A stretch of 34,051 nt of DNA from Paraglomus brasilianum (lineage: Eukaryota): assembly GCA_910592345.1 (NCBI GenBank), contig CAJVPI010000346.1:1-34051 (forward strand). Direction: 5' to 3'. Position 1 is the stretch's first letter. Every line of letters begins with the position of its first letter. The translations under genes and the position numbers were made by a program. The notes under the pieces are model-generated. The model was not told where the DNA came from and searched no databases. It worked only from the letters and a program-made list of their open reading frames with translations. Shown here piece by piece: positions 1 to 12,855 of the stretch.

Positions 1-337
1 ATTTAGAAAAATTGGTAAATAGCATGCCACGTAGAGTTTGTGCTGTAATTAAAAATAAAGGAAACCCCACAGAATATTAATCTAAAATTCAAAAAGTTCA
101 TATTTAGGCGAGTTTATTGATATAAAGTTTATCATGTGTTGTTAATGTTGTTGTTGTATAATGTCATTTCGAATTCCAAGCGTTTTTGATGATGATCGTC
201 ATGTGACCAATACTTTTGGTCAGTATGTGTACGTAGATTAAACCCCATCAATTTAAGTACTCTTGTGGTAACATTTATCGTTGTAATAGGTTTAAGCTTA
301 CTATTCTAACAAATCACTTCCTTTGATGTTTTATTTT

Positions 338-745
338 ATGCTCCTGCTATCGTCGAAAGACGGTTATTTATTACGCTTGCAAGTCAAGCTCAAATATCTT
401 GACAGGTTCAGACACTGACGAAAATGTGAAGATGATATAATCCCATAGACCTTTGCCTTATAGATATTTTACGTAGGCGTGCTCTTTTTTAAAAGACAAA
501 AGAACGCCATTGCGCACGCTTAAACAACCCGTACTCATATGTGAAACTCCGTCAATCACAACCGAATGACTAGAAAGCAGGCTGATATTAATTTCAAGGA
601 GTTGTCAGTAAACTTGGGCAGAACAAAGATAATCTATTCTTTTCTATTAATAGCCTAGATAAGCGATTCATGAAATTCAATTGTGTTTCACTTTCTTATC
701 ATTGATAGACTTTTGGTAATTCTCGATATATCTACAAACGTTTTG
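338..745 (+). repeat. Diverged direct repeat, copy 1 (partner at ~5692-6090)
   Basis: Collinear shared blocks: atgctcct(g/a)ctatcgtcgaaaga, cttgcaagtcaagc, atagacctttgc-ttatagatatt, aaaagacaaaa, tgggcagaa-aaa, aattcaatt, atatctacaaac. Boundaries approximate. Confidence 0.85.
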
Positions 746-3121
746 AACAATGTTAACATTATTTTTAACATTATTAACAATACATTGGGTTTGTCTGCAT
801 GTTTACTTTCGTGGCTTTTTTTTTGTGGATCGGTCGGCAAAAAAAGAAAAAGAAAAAGAGGGCTCATTCTGGGATTATCACATTGCAATAATCCCGTGCA
901 TTACTTGTGATAAAATGGAAGCAAATAGTGACAATCCCGAAATGGCTAGCCCGTTTTAGAATGGGCCAATTCCCAGAATGGCCATTATGTCGTGTCATCA
1001 TATAAATCCCGACGATCCCCTAAAAGTTTTTGACAACTATCACTGCTGCAGGCATGAAAATATGTATGAGACACACTGTAATAGTAGTTACGACTAATAA
1101 AATCTCCAATTCATAAAGATGTTAGAAACATGGTTATCAAGTCTTTGAACTAAGATTCTATTTGCGCACCTTTTACCAAACAAAACGTAACGAATTGGAA
1201 AATAAGGAGAAACTGCTCAACATGGTCTTGCTCGCCTAGCATAACATTGTATAAGCATGCATATTTTGTGAGCGGCGAAATGCAAAATGGTCAATGTGTT
1301 CGATTAATTTAGAAATACGCTGTAGATCATGCAATCATTTGGCAACTCTAATTCCGAATTATTTATTAGATTATAAATACTGCGGTAGTTAGAAATTACA
1401 TAGACTTTTGTCATAAAACTTTGTTAGCTGTATGCCTTATATCCTGTTTATTAAAACGAATATTACTCGCCAAGAAGAACATGTTTTACGTACAACGGAG
1501 CGATATAATTCGCTGAAAATATTTATAATGGAGCGATATAGCGCTGAGAAGACCGATGTTCGAACAAGAGTTAAAGATGTTGCGTTAATAATATTATTTG
1601 TACCAAAGCAGGGCGAGTCTTTTCGCCGGCTCGTAATGTAGTGATTTCACTTCGTTGGCAAACATTTAGTAACTTTCTTAATCAACATGAAGAAGGCCAA
1701 TACCGATGATGTTAAGTGAAAGAGAGTTAATTTTATCATTATCTCCAGTGCGTATAGAAGAAGTATTACGGTCCGAGGCTTACATATACGGTTGGATAAA
1801 AAAACGAATTATCGTTCGCCGGAGCTTATCTCATTTAACATATCGAAGAAGTAACTCAACCTTTACATACATTGTCATTTTCACCAACCTCTGAGTATGG
1901 ATAACGTCTCACCTGGGTACGGGTGAGTGGGAATTTCTCTTACTATTGCGGGATATTCGACTGTTAACTTCCTCAACCATTGAGGGCGTTCACAACTATA
2001 TTGCTGGATAACTCACTGAACCGGAAACTAACTACGATATCATTTAAAGATATTGTTAGCCTATGATCATGTTACGTTTTTACGAGTTTACTTGTATTCG
2101 TTGCGACTAGGTTATACTCGACGCCAAGCGATGAGTTAATACTTAAATCGTTGAACTAAGAAAGAGTATAAGATTTCGATATGATGCCAAGCAAAATATC
2201 AATAACACTACGCTCATTGGGTTAAGCTTCCATGAATCTTAGAAGGAATACGTAGAGAGTATCGTTATCGTGACGGCTCGTATGCGGCTATTACAATTAT
2301 GATTTGTATAATCGTTAGCTCACAATGAACTTGGGAATAGCCCATCCCTAAAAACGTGACTTTACTGCGGTTTATCACAAAAACCGGAGCTCCGAATGTA
2401 TCAGAAACGAAACTTTTGCAATTATATAAATGCACGTGACAACTTCAGTATATCTAGATAAATTATTCTTGTCAGTTAGTCAAAAAAATCCGGCTTTTCT
2501 ATGACGTCCAGTAAATTGCTATAAATTTCGGCTTACCCTATAACAAAAGTTTAGAAAATCAGAAGAAAAAAAGAAGAAGCAATTTCGGCTTAGCGTGGCT
2601 TTGTCTTAACATGTTTGCCTTGTATTAGTTTTTGATGTGTCTCTTTTGGGGGATTAGACGTTGCTAAGCTGATAATGGAGAATTGTTTGTTGCTGTACCT
2701 CGACCGATTGCAAAAGGGCGGGAGAGCAAACAACAGGTATGTATATCTTTAATCGCGTTCACCGAAAGGGTAACTAATCGAAGATAAGGACGTGTTTACG
2801 ATAAACAACGCATTACTTTATTTATTTGCAAATAATTTCGATATTCGTTACACACTGTAGCATTATCATTACGCATTCTTTAATATTACCGTTACTGTTA
2901 CAAGGTAAAGTTTATATTACGTGAACAACATTCGTACCCTCCTTAAATTCAAGTTTTATATTTCGTTACATGACAGTCGAAATTTTACATGGATAATAAA
3001 AAGTTGCCCAAGTAAATACTTCAACTTTGCCGTAATACTCTCTTTTACTTTACATGATACAAATAATTAACATATAAACTCAATCCATTTCTAATTAATT
3101 AATTCAACGAGTCATCTCAAT

Positions 3122-4923
3122 TTAAACGTTTGTATCCTTCTCACCAACACCCCTCACAGCATTTTCATCTTCTACGATGTTGTCTACGCTTACAACGTAT
3201 TCCTTTAAAAATAGTTCCAATGCAAGCTGTCTTTGTTCCATGGTCGCAAATTTCTCGTCGATTGAAAGACCTTTTGACAATACAGAGTCTGAGAATGGAA
3301 TATTCGGACGTAGACTATCGCGGAGACCAGCCTTAACTCTGCCGCGAACGCACGGCAAATTTTGGACAAAACCCCATGGATCGATTGCATCGGCGCCTGT
3401 GAGAAAAAAAACAAGAGTAATCAATATAGACGCGTAACAAAACATGTATACTCGACAGAAAGCAGAGTAATAAATTCAAGGAAGTGAATAGAATTTCGTT
3501 CACAAACCGTATAAGAACGCATAGATTCCCATTGCAGTAGCGTATATACCACCCACAGCACTGAGGAAATCGATTACTGAAGAATCACTAGTAATTAAAC
3601 AACGTCGCATATTAGTATAAGGCTTTCAATAAAATTAGCAATGCTCCACGTGTTTTAAACGTCCGTGTATACTCACGAGTTTTCTGTTTCTGTCACGACT
3701 ATATAAGATTTGGGTCTTATTCTTAGAGTCACGTAATTTGTGTCATCAGGCGGATAAGGTACTAATAGCAGATTTTTCGATTAATATACGTGTATATATC
3801 CTCTCTCGATAAAATAAGAATTACTCAATTAAAATAACTAAAGCATATTCATTATTTTTAGCTTACCCAATATGCTGTCTATCAACGTTATTTTCCTATG
3901 GTCACCTTGTCCAGCAAGTCTGTTAACGTCATTTTGCCTAAGACGATTAAATATTTTGCGTTCGTAAAGAAAATCATACGACTAAGTTACATAGGGGTTG
4001 TTAATTATTAGCATATTGTAGACATTATTAACATTTATTTGATATCTTCGAATCCACAATTACCTGGTTTTTGCCAAAAAAGTACGTGTTACCAGAATAC
4101 GCTGTAGATTCGTAGTCACTCAATCCTTTAAACCGCGGTTTTTTGGCGTATGCTTTTGCCAAATCAACTTGTGTTTCTAAAGGGTTCAATCGGAAGTTAG
4201 AGAGTGTAACCACATCATTCACGTGACTTTAGAATAACATACCTTTGTCAAGAAACGTTGCAAACAGGAAAGCATCAGTATTGGCACCAAATGTTTTATC
4301 CGTTATAGAAATCGTCATGTCAAGTTCTTCTAAGAAGTTTTTATTGACGTTTTTATTGACGTTTTTATCGTCGTTGTGATCAAGAAACTCCAAGTCGGAT
4401 CCATTGAAACTTGCATAGTACAAGCTGGCGTCTGGATCAAACTCAGTGCTACTGATATATTGGTTACAAGTAATATTTGTGCCTAAATACAGAAAACACA
4501 CGCATTAGGACTGAAGGCAAATAAAGTTATTCAAGTTTGCTACTTTGTTATGTATACAGTATATATACCATCATTATAGAATTGAATGCAGTCGACAGCG
4601 AAGTTATAGAAAGCAGTAAAATAGGCAACTACAATAAAAAAGAGAATGGGTTATTAATATTAGATTCAGAAAATTAATTTTTATGGATTAGTAAAAAATC
4701 ACATACTCGGTGAAGGAACACCAACACTATCATCTTGTCCATAGGTTAAAGTTCTCTCGTCTTGGGCCAGTTTATACGCTTTCCAGCAAAAAAAGATTGC
4801 TACAGATACATAACAAATAAGCAAAAACGACATTCTCATCCATCGGATAAAAGGAATCTCAGAACGACGTGGAGGGATTTGGTCAGAGAGCACATCTTTT
4901 ACTTTCTTTTTTACTGTATTCAT
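3122..4923 (-). CDS. Two-transmembrane protein of an uncharacterised fungal family, DEG/ENaC-like topology, ~394 aa, 8 exons
   Basis: Exons 4923-4707, 4628-4569, 4482-4243, 4176-4064, 3981-3867, 3761-3677, 3587-3508, 3396-3122. All introns GT-AG with consistent phases (1185 nt). TM1 MSFLLICYVSVAIFFCW, large loop, TM2 region VIDFLSAVGGIYATAMGIYAFLYG, then PWGFVQ and LELFLKEYVV motifs. Confidence 0.85.
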
Positions 4924-5691
4924 TATGGTGGAAATCAAAGGATGCTAATATGGGTATAATTTAGATCGTAGAGCCCAACGAAAAAAAATTTTTTGTTGGA
5001 CGTGATAAACCCTTTTGCGTTAATGATATTTACAACTAGAGAGAAAAAACGGCAGGTATTTATTGTAATGATATCTACACCATGCTTGCTTGTTGTACAT
5101 TTCTGTGATCATTTTGTCCCACAAAAATTCGATGGTGTTTCCATGCTACATATATACACGCTATTATTTTGATACTTTATGGTAATACAGCATATTCTGC
5201 GGGTAGCCATTCATCAAATCATCATTAACACAGGTGGACTAATTTGGACTAAGTGTCGAAAAAAAACGTCGGAATTTAATTGTTCGATTTCTTACATAAA
5301 ATATGCCTTTACTATTTTATATGCATGCATTTTCCTTTCTTGGGAAATAAACCGATTGGACTGAATACATTCAGTGATACATTACTCCATTTCCGGTTTG
5401 CACAGAACATTTTGAGCAAGTGAAAAACAATCTACACATTTTCTGACGATTCGGTCATTCAACGTTAATGAAGTACGCTTTTACATTGTTCGTCTGTTAA
5501 AGCGTTTTCTGATGCATTAAATGTACGGTATATCAGGAAAATAATGTCCCAAAGTTTCGGATGATTCTTTAGCTTTGTTGACCACATAAAGCTGTTGATT
5601 CTCCGCAGTACGGAAATTCACTGATGATCGATAACCAATAAGAGTTAATATACGCACCTGTGGAATTACTGCGGGTATAAATTTATGTATA

Positions 5692-6090
5692 ATGCTCCTA
5701 CTATCGTCGAAAGATGGATATTTCCATCATGTCTTGCAAGTCAAGCATTAAATGTCTAGACAGATTCGATGCTTTTTTACAAAAAAAAAAAAAAAAAAAA
5801 AGACACTATGAAAATATGAAGATGGTACTGTATATGGTATCAATCCTATAGACCTTTGCGTTATAGATATTCTACGTGCTTTTTTCATTATTATCCAAAA
5901 AGACAAAAAGAAAGCCATGAATAGGAATAGTTAGAAAAGCTTGTTTCATGTATGAAACTTTGTCAATGGAAGTTGCTATCAGTTAACAGTGGTGTATTGA
6001 TTTTTGGGCAGAATAAAAGTAACCAATTCTTTCCCTTAATAGAAGATAAACGTTTCATGGAATTCAATTCCGGTATATCTACAAACATGT
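5692..6090 (+). repeat. Diverged direct repeat, copy 2, with an extra poly(A) tract at ~5781-5801
   Basis: Collinear similarity to 338-745; the A-run is absent from copy 1. Confidence 0.85.
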
Positions 6091-6546
6091 TTATGAAGTT
6101 CTAAATATATGGTATGTTACTACGCAGTATCAATAATTTTGACTTGACTCGGATTACTAATACAATCGACCCTCTCCAACCACCTCTTTAATATCGACAT
6201 CTCTCTCTATTAGCAACATTAGTTTAGAACGGATTTCCCTTTATACGCATAATTCTCTCTCACATGTCAACTTGATATTATACATAAATCGGATTTTATA
6301 TGTACGTCGCTGATATCAATATCAATATCAACCAGTATTCTAAATTTAAACTTCCGGATATGATATATCGCATGTGGTATAGTTTGCCTTTTACTAAAAA
6401 TGGAACATAAGGAAAGATTAAGAGAACTATTATTTGGCTACAACAATATAACGAGAATAAACAGATAACAGCGACTATGACCTTCGAACAGTTTAAATTG
6501 CTGATACAGTAAATTTTACCGAAAGTTCCTACAATATATTTTGTGT

Positions 6547-6627
6547 ATTAGTAAACTCTTAAGGAATTGTGAGCGCTATTTTTTCATTAGTAAACTCTTA
6601 AGGAATTGTGAGCGCTATTTTTTCATT
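6547..6627 (+). repeat. Perfect 39-bp tandem duplication
   Basis: attagtaaactcttaaggaattgtgagcgctattttttc at 6547-6585 and 6586-6624, followed by att. Confidence 0.95.
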
Positions 6628-7118
6628 GAAAATAGGAGAACGTAACATATGGTTGCATACTTTTAATTACAAACACCAGTAATCGTTTTAAACAAGTTTG
6701 ATTAACTAATCTTGGAAACTTGTACATGACTTGCACAGTCATCAACGAGAAAAGCTGATCCGTATACGTGTCTTGACGATCGCTTAATTGGGAAGATTGG
6801 CGCTATGGCATTATATGCTTATTTGCAGAAACTGAAAGCGTTTACCGATGGACGAGGAAGTTTAGTCTTGATGATACGATAAAGACATCAGTTAGCGAGG
6901 AAAAGCAGGTTTTTATTGTACACATTATCACTGTTGGTCACTAAAGAAAATTTTGTCAAAATAGCGGCCTACTTGTTATTTCGCAAGTAGGCTCTCTTTC
7001 CATTGCAAGTATCGTGACTTTTGACAGTCTATATTATTGCTTGTCGGTATTATATCGGTTTTCTGGTTAGGTGTAATCTATCATTAACTATCTAAAAAGT
7101 TCATTGTCGTGTCATCAA

Positions 7119-8801
7119 TTACTTGCTGCGCAGTTGTGATTTGTTTATCAACTCGTTACATTTTCTTATTCTCCATTCGCATGAATCCGCATATTCACAT
7201 ATTCTATGGCATTATGAAAATACAAAATCAATCATATGTTATACGTTATTTGGTCAATAATAAAAAAATTCAAGACACATCCAACGTCATGTAACTGTTC
7301 TTCCATGCATATTTATATCCATAATACTCGCCTCACTCTCAACTAACAAATTTACTCACCCACATTTCCAAGCTTCTTCAATATCAACTCCCTCGGGTTT
7401 CCTCGTTCCTTTCCAGTATTCGCATGCTCTTCTCAGATTTCTATCCAGTTTAACTTCATCATAGGTCAAAAACACACTTCCGAGGTTGCTTCCATCTTTT
7501 TGATATCGATAGGAGATTTCTAATTGGTCATTTAATTTACTGAAATGCCTAAACTCTTTTTTTACCGTCTTCATCAATTCGCGTAATGTAACGAATGAAC
7601 CATGCGATTCGACGGCATAATCTGAATCACTATCATCACGGTACTCTTCGTCTGAAGACACGTCTCCAACCAATCCAACAATGCCGTCTGAGAGCGAGGC
7701 GTCTGGATCAACGGCCAATTTCTCATACATCAAATCTTCATCAAAATTTCCTGCTATCATATCATCAAACAACTTCTTATACAGCATCACCTGAATCTGA
7801 ACGGACGGTTGAACATTCGAAGCAGATGGTATATACGGTCGAGTACGTGTTTTAGTATCTGATAAACACCAAGAGTATTCGCCATCTTTTTCAAATTGAT
7901 GCCATTTATCATTGGGCTTGGCCCTTAATGTCCGCCGGCGTTTATTCTGCTCTGTTGACTCTGACTGAGAAGCTTTTGATTTTTGTCTTCCGACAATTTC
8001 ATCAATGATACCGACTACGAAAAATTCATCTACAAAGCCAAATACAGGAAGTTCACGTGTTTTCCCAGTGAGTCGGAGGGTTTGTAGTCCTTCGATCAGA
8101 TTATGTAATCTAACAAGTTCGAACGTGGAATCATACAAGAGGAAGAAAACAAGAGAGGGAGAAAAGGCGATAACTGATAGAAATAAATAATAGTACTACA
8201 ATTGGTTGATATGAATCAACCCCATTTAATATTGATGCTTACACGCACCAACAGCTTTCTCAAAAGACCCCTCCCCTCGTCTAGCACCGAACAGTTCATT
8301 CATTCCATGAAAATCTATCCCATACCTAACTCCCCAGGCATCCTCAACGCTTGCAACATCGACATTGACGATCTTATGTACTTCCAACTCTAACTGAAAA
8401 TGTATATCTCTTCCTGTAGTCATAGCCTGTGTTTCCGCTCTGCCACCACTTGCCAATGAGTAATCAAACTGCTGTTCACACCATGCTAACGACGCAATGT
8501 CAGTCACTACGAGAAAGTTTTTATACGAGCGATATCGGGAGAACGGTGACGGTGTCGAAGTCAGTGACGAGGACGAGGAGGGCGAGGAGGGCGAGGAGCG
8601 AGTACTGACATTGTTAGGAGAATTTTCATTATCATGAGAAAGAGCTTCCGCGCATTGGAATGCCTCTTCCCAGGCTTCTGGATAAGTGTTGCAAAAGTCG
8701 TAATCAGGTGAGCGTGATTCGGACAAATGCTCGGTGGATATGTCAGGTGGAGTCGTAACTTTGGACAGCGTTGTTTGTATTGAAGACGTGCTTGCAGTCA
8801 T
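7119..8801 (-). CDS. EXO5: Exonuclease V (EXO5/DEM1 family, Fe-S cluster nuclease), ~436 aa, 3 exons
   Basis: Exons 8801-8326, 8109-7360, 7203-7119 (GT-AG, phases match). Motifs LVVTDIASLAWCEQQFDY, GRDIHFQLELEVH, RELPVFG, GIIDEI, SDTKTR, IQVMLYKKLFD and C-terminal EEAWKCGICEYADSCEWR supply the four Fe-S cysteines. Confidence 0.95.
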
Positions 8802-9602
8802 TTTCGCAAAATAAATTGTGCGAGTTGATCGAAAAAGAAAAACGTTGGTCTATTCAGAACACGTGCAGTGTGTATCACGCGTCTTGATTGATTTACAAAC
8901 TTGGCGACTGAGCGAGATTGCTAATAAAATTGTTAGCATAGAACGCCGTTCTTTTATTAGTTTAAGTACCACAAGAGAAAGTCCGCATCTTCTCAATAAG
9001 GCTTACTATTTCATTAGCTCGACAGGTATTAATATTATTAATATTAACCCACAACCGAATTCGGCCACCTTCTCTGCTGCTAAAAATTAAAGAAACAACA
9101 GATGGTAACGGCAATGGCATTAAAACCACTGCTGACTCCTTTCATTAGCCACAGCATTGCCCTTCTTTGAATTATTAGCGTGTAAAAGCGTCTTTAATTA
9201 AAGTCGTGATTATTCATCGAAAAGAGCATGTCATAAGAGTCCGCTAATTTCTACGACAGTAGTGAACAAATAATGTTGCTATCCTTCTAACACATTAACT
9301 GTTAACATTACTAGACTCGTTCAACTAAACAAACTGCTCTAATCAAAGCTGGTGAAATTTAGGTTTGACATAATTAGTCGTAGGACCGAAATTGGTAATA
9401 GTAATTTATCACAGACGTAACACGATTTGACCTATTAATATCAATATTTAGTATTAGTGTTTCATGATTAGATTTTATTTGGAAATGAGTTACGTTTCTA
9501 AATTTAGAATATCTCAGAATAGATTTTTGTTACTATGTGTAAAGAAACTACAAATAGTCTCATTGTAGGGCGTAAACTGGTTTAATTCCCATCTTACCCG
9601 AG

Positions 9603-10654
9603 ATGTCTACGAGACAAGCCCAGTCCAAATCACATGCCAAACCGTTAATACTTATATTGGCATTGACGATAGTATGCGTTACGATACTAGTTGAACTGAA
9701 GGCATTGGTAGCCGGTAAGATTAACGAAAACACTTTGAAAAAAGTTTTTACGAGCTTCACTAATATATTCATGCTACGGCATGCACTATATTTATTTATT
9801 CCTTTATCCTTTGCATAGTGGACGTTGGCATTAGGCATGACCATACATCACATGTCTCTCCGCCGTTCGTCGTTGTCACTGGTGCCAGTGGCAACCATTT
9901 CTGCCCATTGCAAGCATGGGTAATCAGCCTCCATACCCAAGTAGCTACTCTTCCGGTCCACCGTAGACCCCGAATAATAGTTTATGATCTGGGACTATAC
10001 GATGAGCAAATCAAGACACTGAATACAATGCGATTAAGCGGAATGTTTCAAGAACTTCGTAAACTTGAATGGTCCGATTATCCACCCTTCTGGAACATAA
10101 CAATTAATGCAGGGGAATACGGATGGAAGACTGGCATAATAGGCGAGGTAGTCAGAGACTATCCGGGCATAGTCGTGTGGTTGGATTCGGGTACATTGAT
10201 ACAACCAGATTTCTTTTCTCACGTTGATCTTGTATCATCGGAGTATTCCGGATTTCTATCTCCCAAATCGTCATCTACTCTCCCTCGTTGGACGCATCCT
10301 GGTGTGTTTGATTATTTCAACGACGATCCGAAAAAGTACAAGCGAGTTCATAATTGTAATGCTGCAGCAATAGTGTTTGATTATAACGTTCGGAAACATC
10401 TGGTAGATGAATGGGTTAATTGCGGAAGGGTGAAGAATTGTATTGCACCCAAGGGAAGCAGCAGAGAAAATCATCGACAGGATCAGGCGTTGCTGACTTA
10501 TTTGGCAGCAAAAGACGGTGTATACTGTACAGAAAGTCAGACCGCGTTCGGGATTAAAGTACAGCGTGACGCCAAATGTCATAGGATTATATATACATGG
10601 AATAATAATAAGGCTGAGCACAACAAGACAGATGAACCAAGCAGTACCCGGTAA
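9603..10654 (+). CDS. Type II membrane glycosyltransferase-like protein (DUF1647-like), ~315 aa, 2 exons
   Basis: Exons 9603-9714 and 9819-10654 (gtaaga...catag). N-terminal signal anchor LILILALTIVCVTILV; motifs VTGASGNHF, IIVYDLGL, YGWKTGII, WLDSG, CIAPKGS, HRQDQALLT. A further 3' intron at the stop (gtaatt) cannot be excluded. Confidence 0.8.
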
Positions 10655-12855
10655 TTAATATAGCTATGAGCATGAGACTCCATTGCTCTCACGCGTTGTA
10701 TAGAGTATTCTGTGATTATAATGTAAATTGTGAAAATAGTGGTGGTTGAACCATTATTTACTTTTGTGATGAACTGTAGGGATACGTACAATATTACTAT
10801 TTAATAGACTATGAATTTCATGGATGCTTTTCTATTGGGTATACATACTTTAACACTTGTTAGAAAAGAGTATTGACTCAAATCTCGATATTATATAACA
10901 AAGCATTAAAACTATTAATTTTCGATGAGTAACTCGCTTGACAATTTTACACTGTTGCGATCAGAGAATGTTGACAACTTTGTTTCAGCGGACCCAGTTA
11001 GCTTTAACGAGATAACCCGAATGCTGAATAAATATGCTTTGCGTAACATTGCCTATACTGGCTTCGGAGAATATTCAAATTAGTATCATAATTAGTCTAA
11101 CAATTTCAGGAATGCGTGTCGTCGATGGGTCAAGTTTGACATCTCTGATTGGATACCTATAACGTTATCGATATACTAAGAGGTTATCGTAATAAGCTTC
11201 ACAACGGACATGTTAATATACGTTCCGCTTATATCCTTGATTTCTATCATAATAATATTAAGTATGAACATAAGTATTATTAAATTACCATTAATATTGA
11301 CAATAGCATAATATTACCATGTGTACATTGTAGGAATAATCTATATTACTAGTATGCTGGGTAATAAGCTGTCCCACAGTATATCCTTGGAGTAGAGGCA
11401 ATGCGGGGAGACAGTCCTTTGCATACTATAGAATCATGTTCATGTTAATATATTATATCAGAAAATTTCCATCCTCGACAAGAAAAAATTCAACACCGTA
11501 TTGTGGTAGATCTAACAAGAATTTCCTTACCAGACCTTTTGTTCTCTACAATTCCATAATTAAGCCAGTTTCTCAGGATGCCAGCGTGACAGATCGGGTT
11601 TTATGGTGATGTTAGTTAAAACCGAATTTATGTCGATCTAACTGCTTTGTTTTCTTAGTCAACTTGTAATATGGAAAAATTCATAACTTGTCGATTGTAT
11701 TACACATACATTTTTGACAGAATGACACCCGAAAATAGAATATAATCCATAAAGATTAAAAAGGAAACAGTGTATAGAAAAAATTCCAAGACGTCAATCG
11801 AAGTTTACACGGAACGTGTACAGAATATCTGCAGTTTCGACAAGACAACTTGTAATAAAATATCAAGCAAGTAAGGCACCATAATAAAGATTTGGAACAG
11901 AAAACGATGCCATATTGTGGCATCATACTATAATTGCAGATAGCATACGTTTGATTTCTTTATATTTAGATGCTTGTCGTTGGCACCTAAACTGGCAAGA
12001 AAAACGCGACAAAAAGTTCACGACGCTTTTATTTTATTTTGCAAATACAATGATTAAAATAGTCAATTCCCATATTGACATTTTGCAAGACGAGTCGAAC
12101 TCTCGGATTTTTTAGCAAGCAATAAATAGACGTAATCGACAGGCCATCCAATCAAACAAAGGATGCCTTGAAGAATTAATATTAATAGGAGCAGTTCCGT
12201 AGCATGCATGTAGTTAATATGATCCAGTCAGCCAAAGCTTGTTGCAGAAAAAAAATTAATTTGTAAATAAATGAGTCTTAAAGCTTTAAATGAAATTGTG
12301 AATACAGTTCCTTTGAGACCCTTCACGCGTTAAAAATGACGTCTACGTTCATCCTTCTCATCAGTAACCTATTATAGATGTATATAAGCTCAGCAACAAT
12401 AAATCTCGAACAACACTCACGACCAAACTATTTCAACAATTCGCTCATAGTCAGTTAACGTGGTGAAGATGGTTTTTCGCTTGTTCGCAGTATCAAACTC
12501 TAAAATTTGTCTAGTTTATTATGAAATAAAGGAGCCATCAAGAATATTTATTTGAAAAAAAAAAAAAAGGAAGATGGAAATGGAGATTGTATATTCAATT
12601 GAAAAAAAAAAAATCTAGAAAAAATTTTTTACAGGAAGTAATACTTCAACTGACCCAAGCATCATAATTTATCTTTCGCTCTACTTTCAAATGTAATTAA
12701 AATTGGGGCAAAAACCAACAAAATATTTCACATAATTTGGTCTAGTTTGATCCAAGTAACAATACTACAAATCAAAGAATTAAACTGTTCCCCAACCCAA
12801 ACGCGCTCTAAACCTTCATTACTGTCTTTGTATCCACCATCGCTCTCTTTCCCTT

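Noticed and set aside
861..983. Short inverted repeat cattctggga / tcccagaatg with internal atccc motifs, possible MITE relic
   Set aside because: Only 10 bp of perfect pairing and no target-site duplication.
1432..2300. Leucine-rich coding-like scraps, possibly an F-box/LRR pseudogene
   Set aside because: No continuous frame or diagnostic motif could be reconstructed.
6161..6240. tacaatcgaccctc resembling a pogo/Tc1 terminus
   Set aside because: No matching opposite TIR found in the window.
6563..6616. ggaattgtgagcg matches the left half of the lac operator
   Set aside because: Half-site only, inside a local tandem duplication, with no vector or bacterial context; most likely chance.
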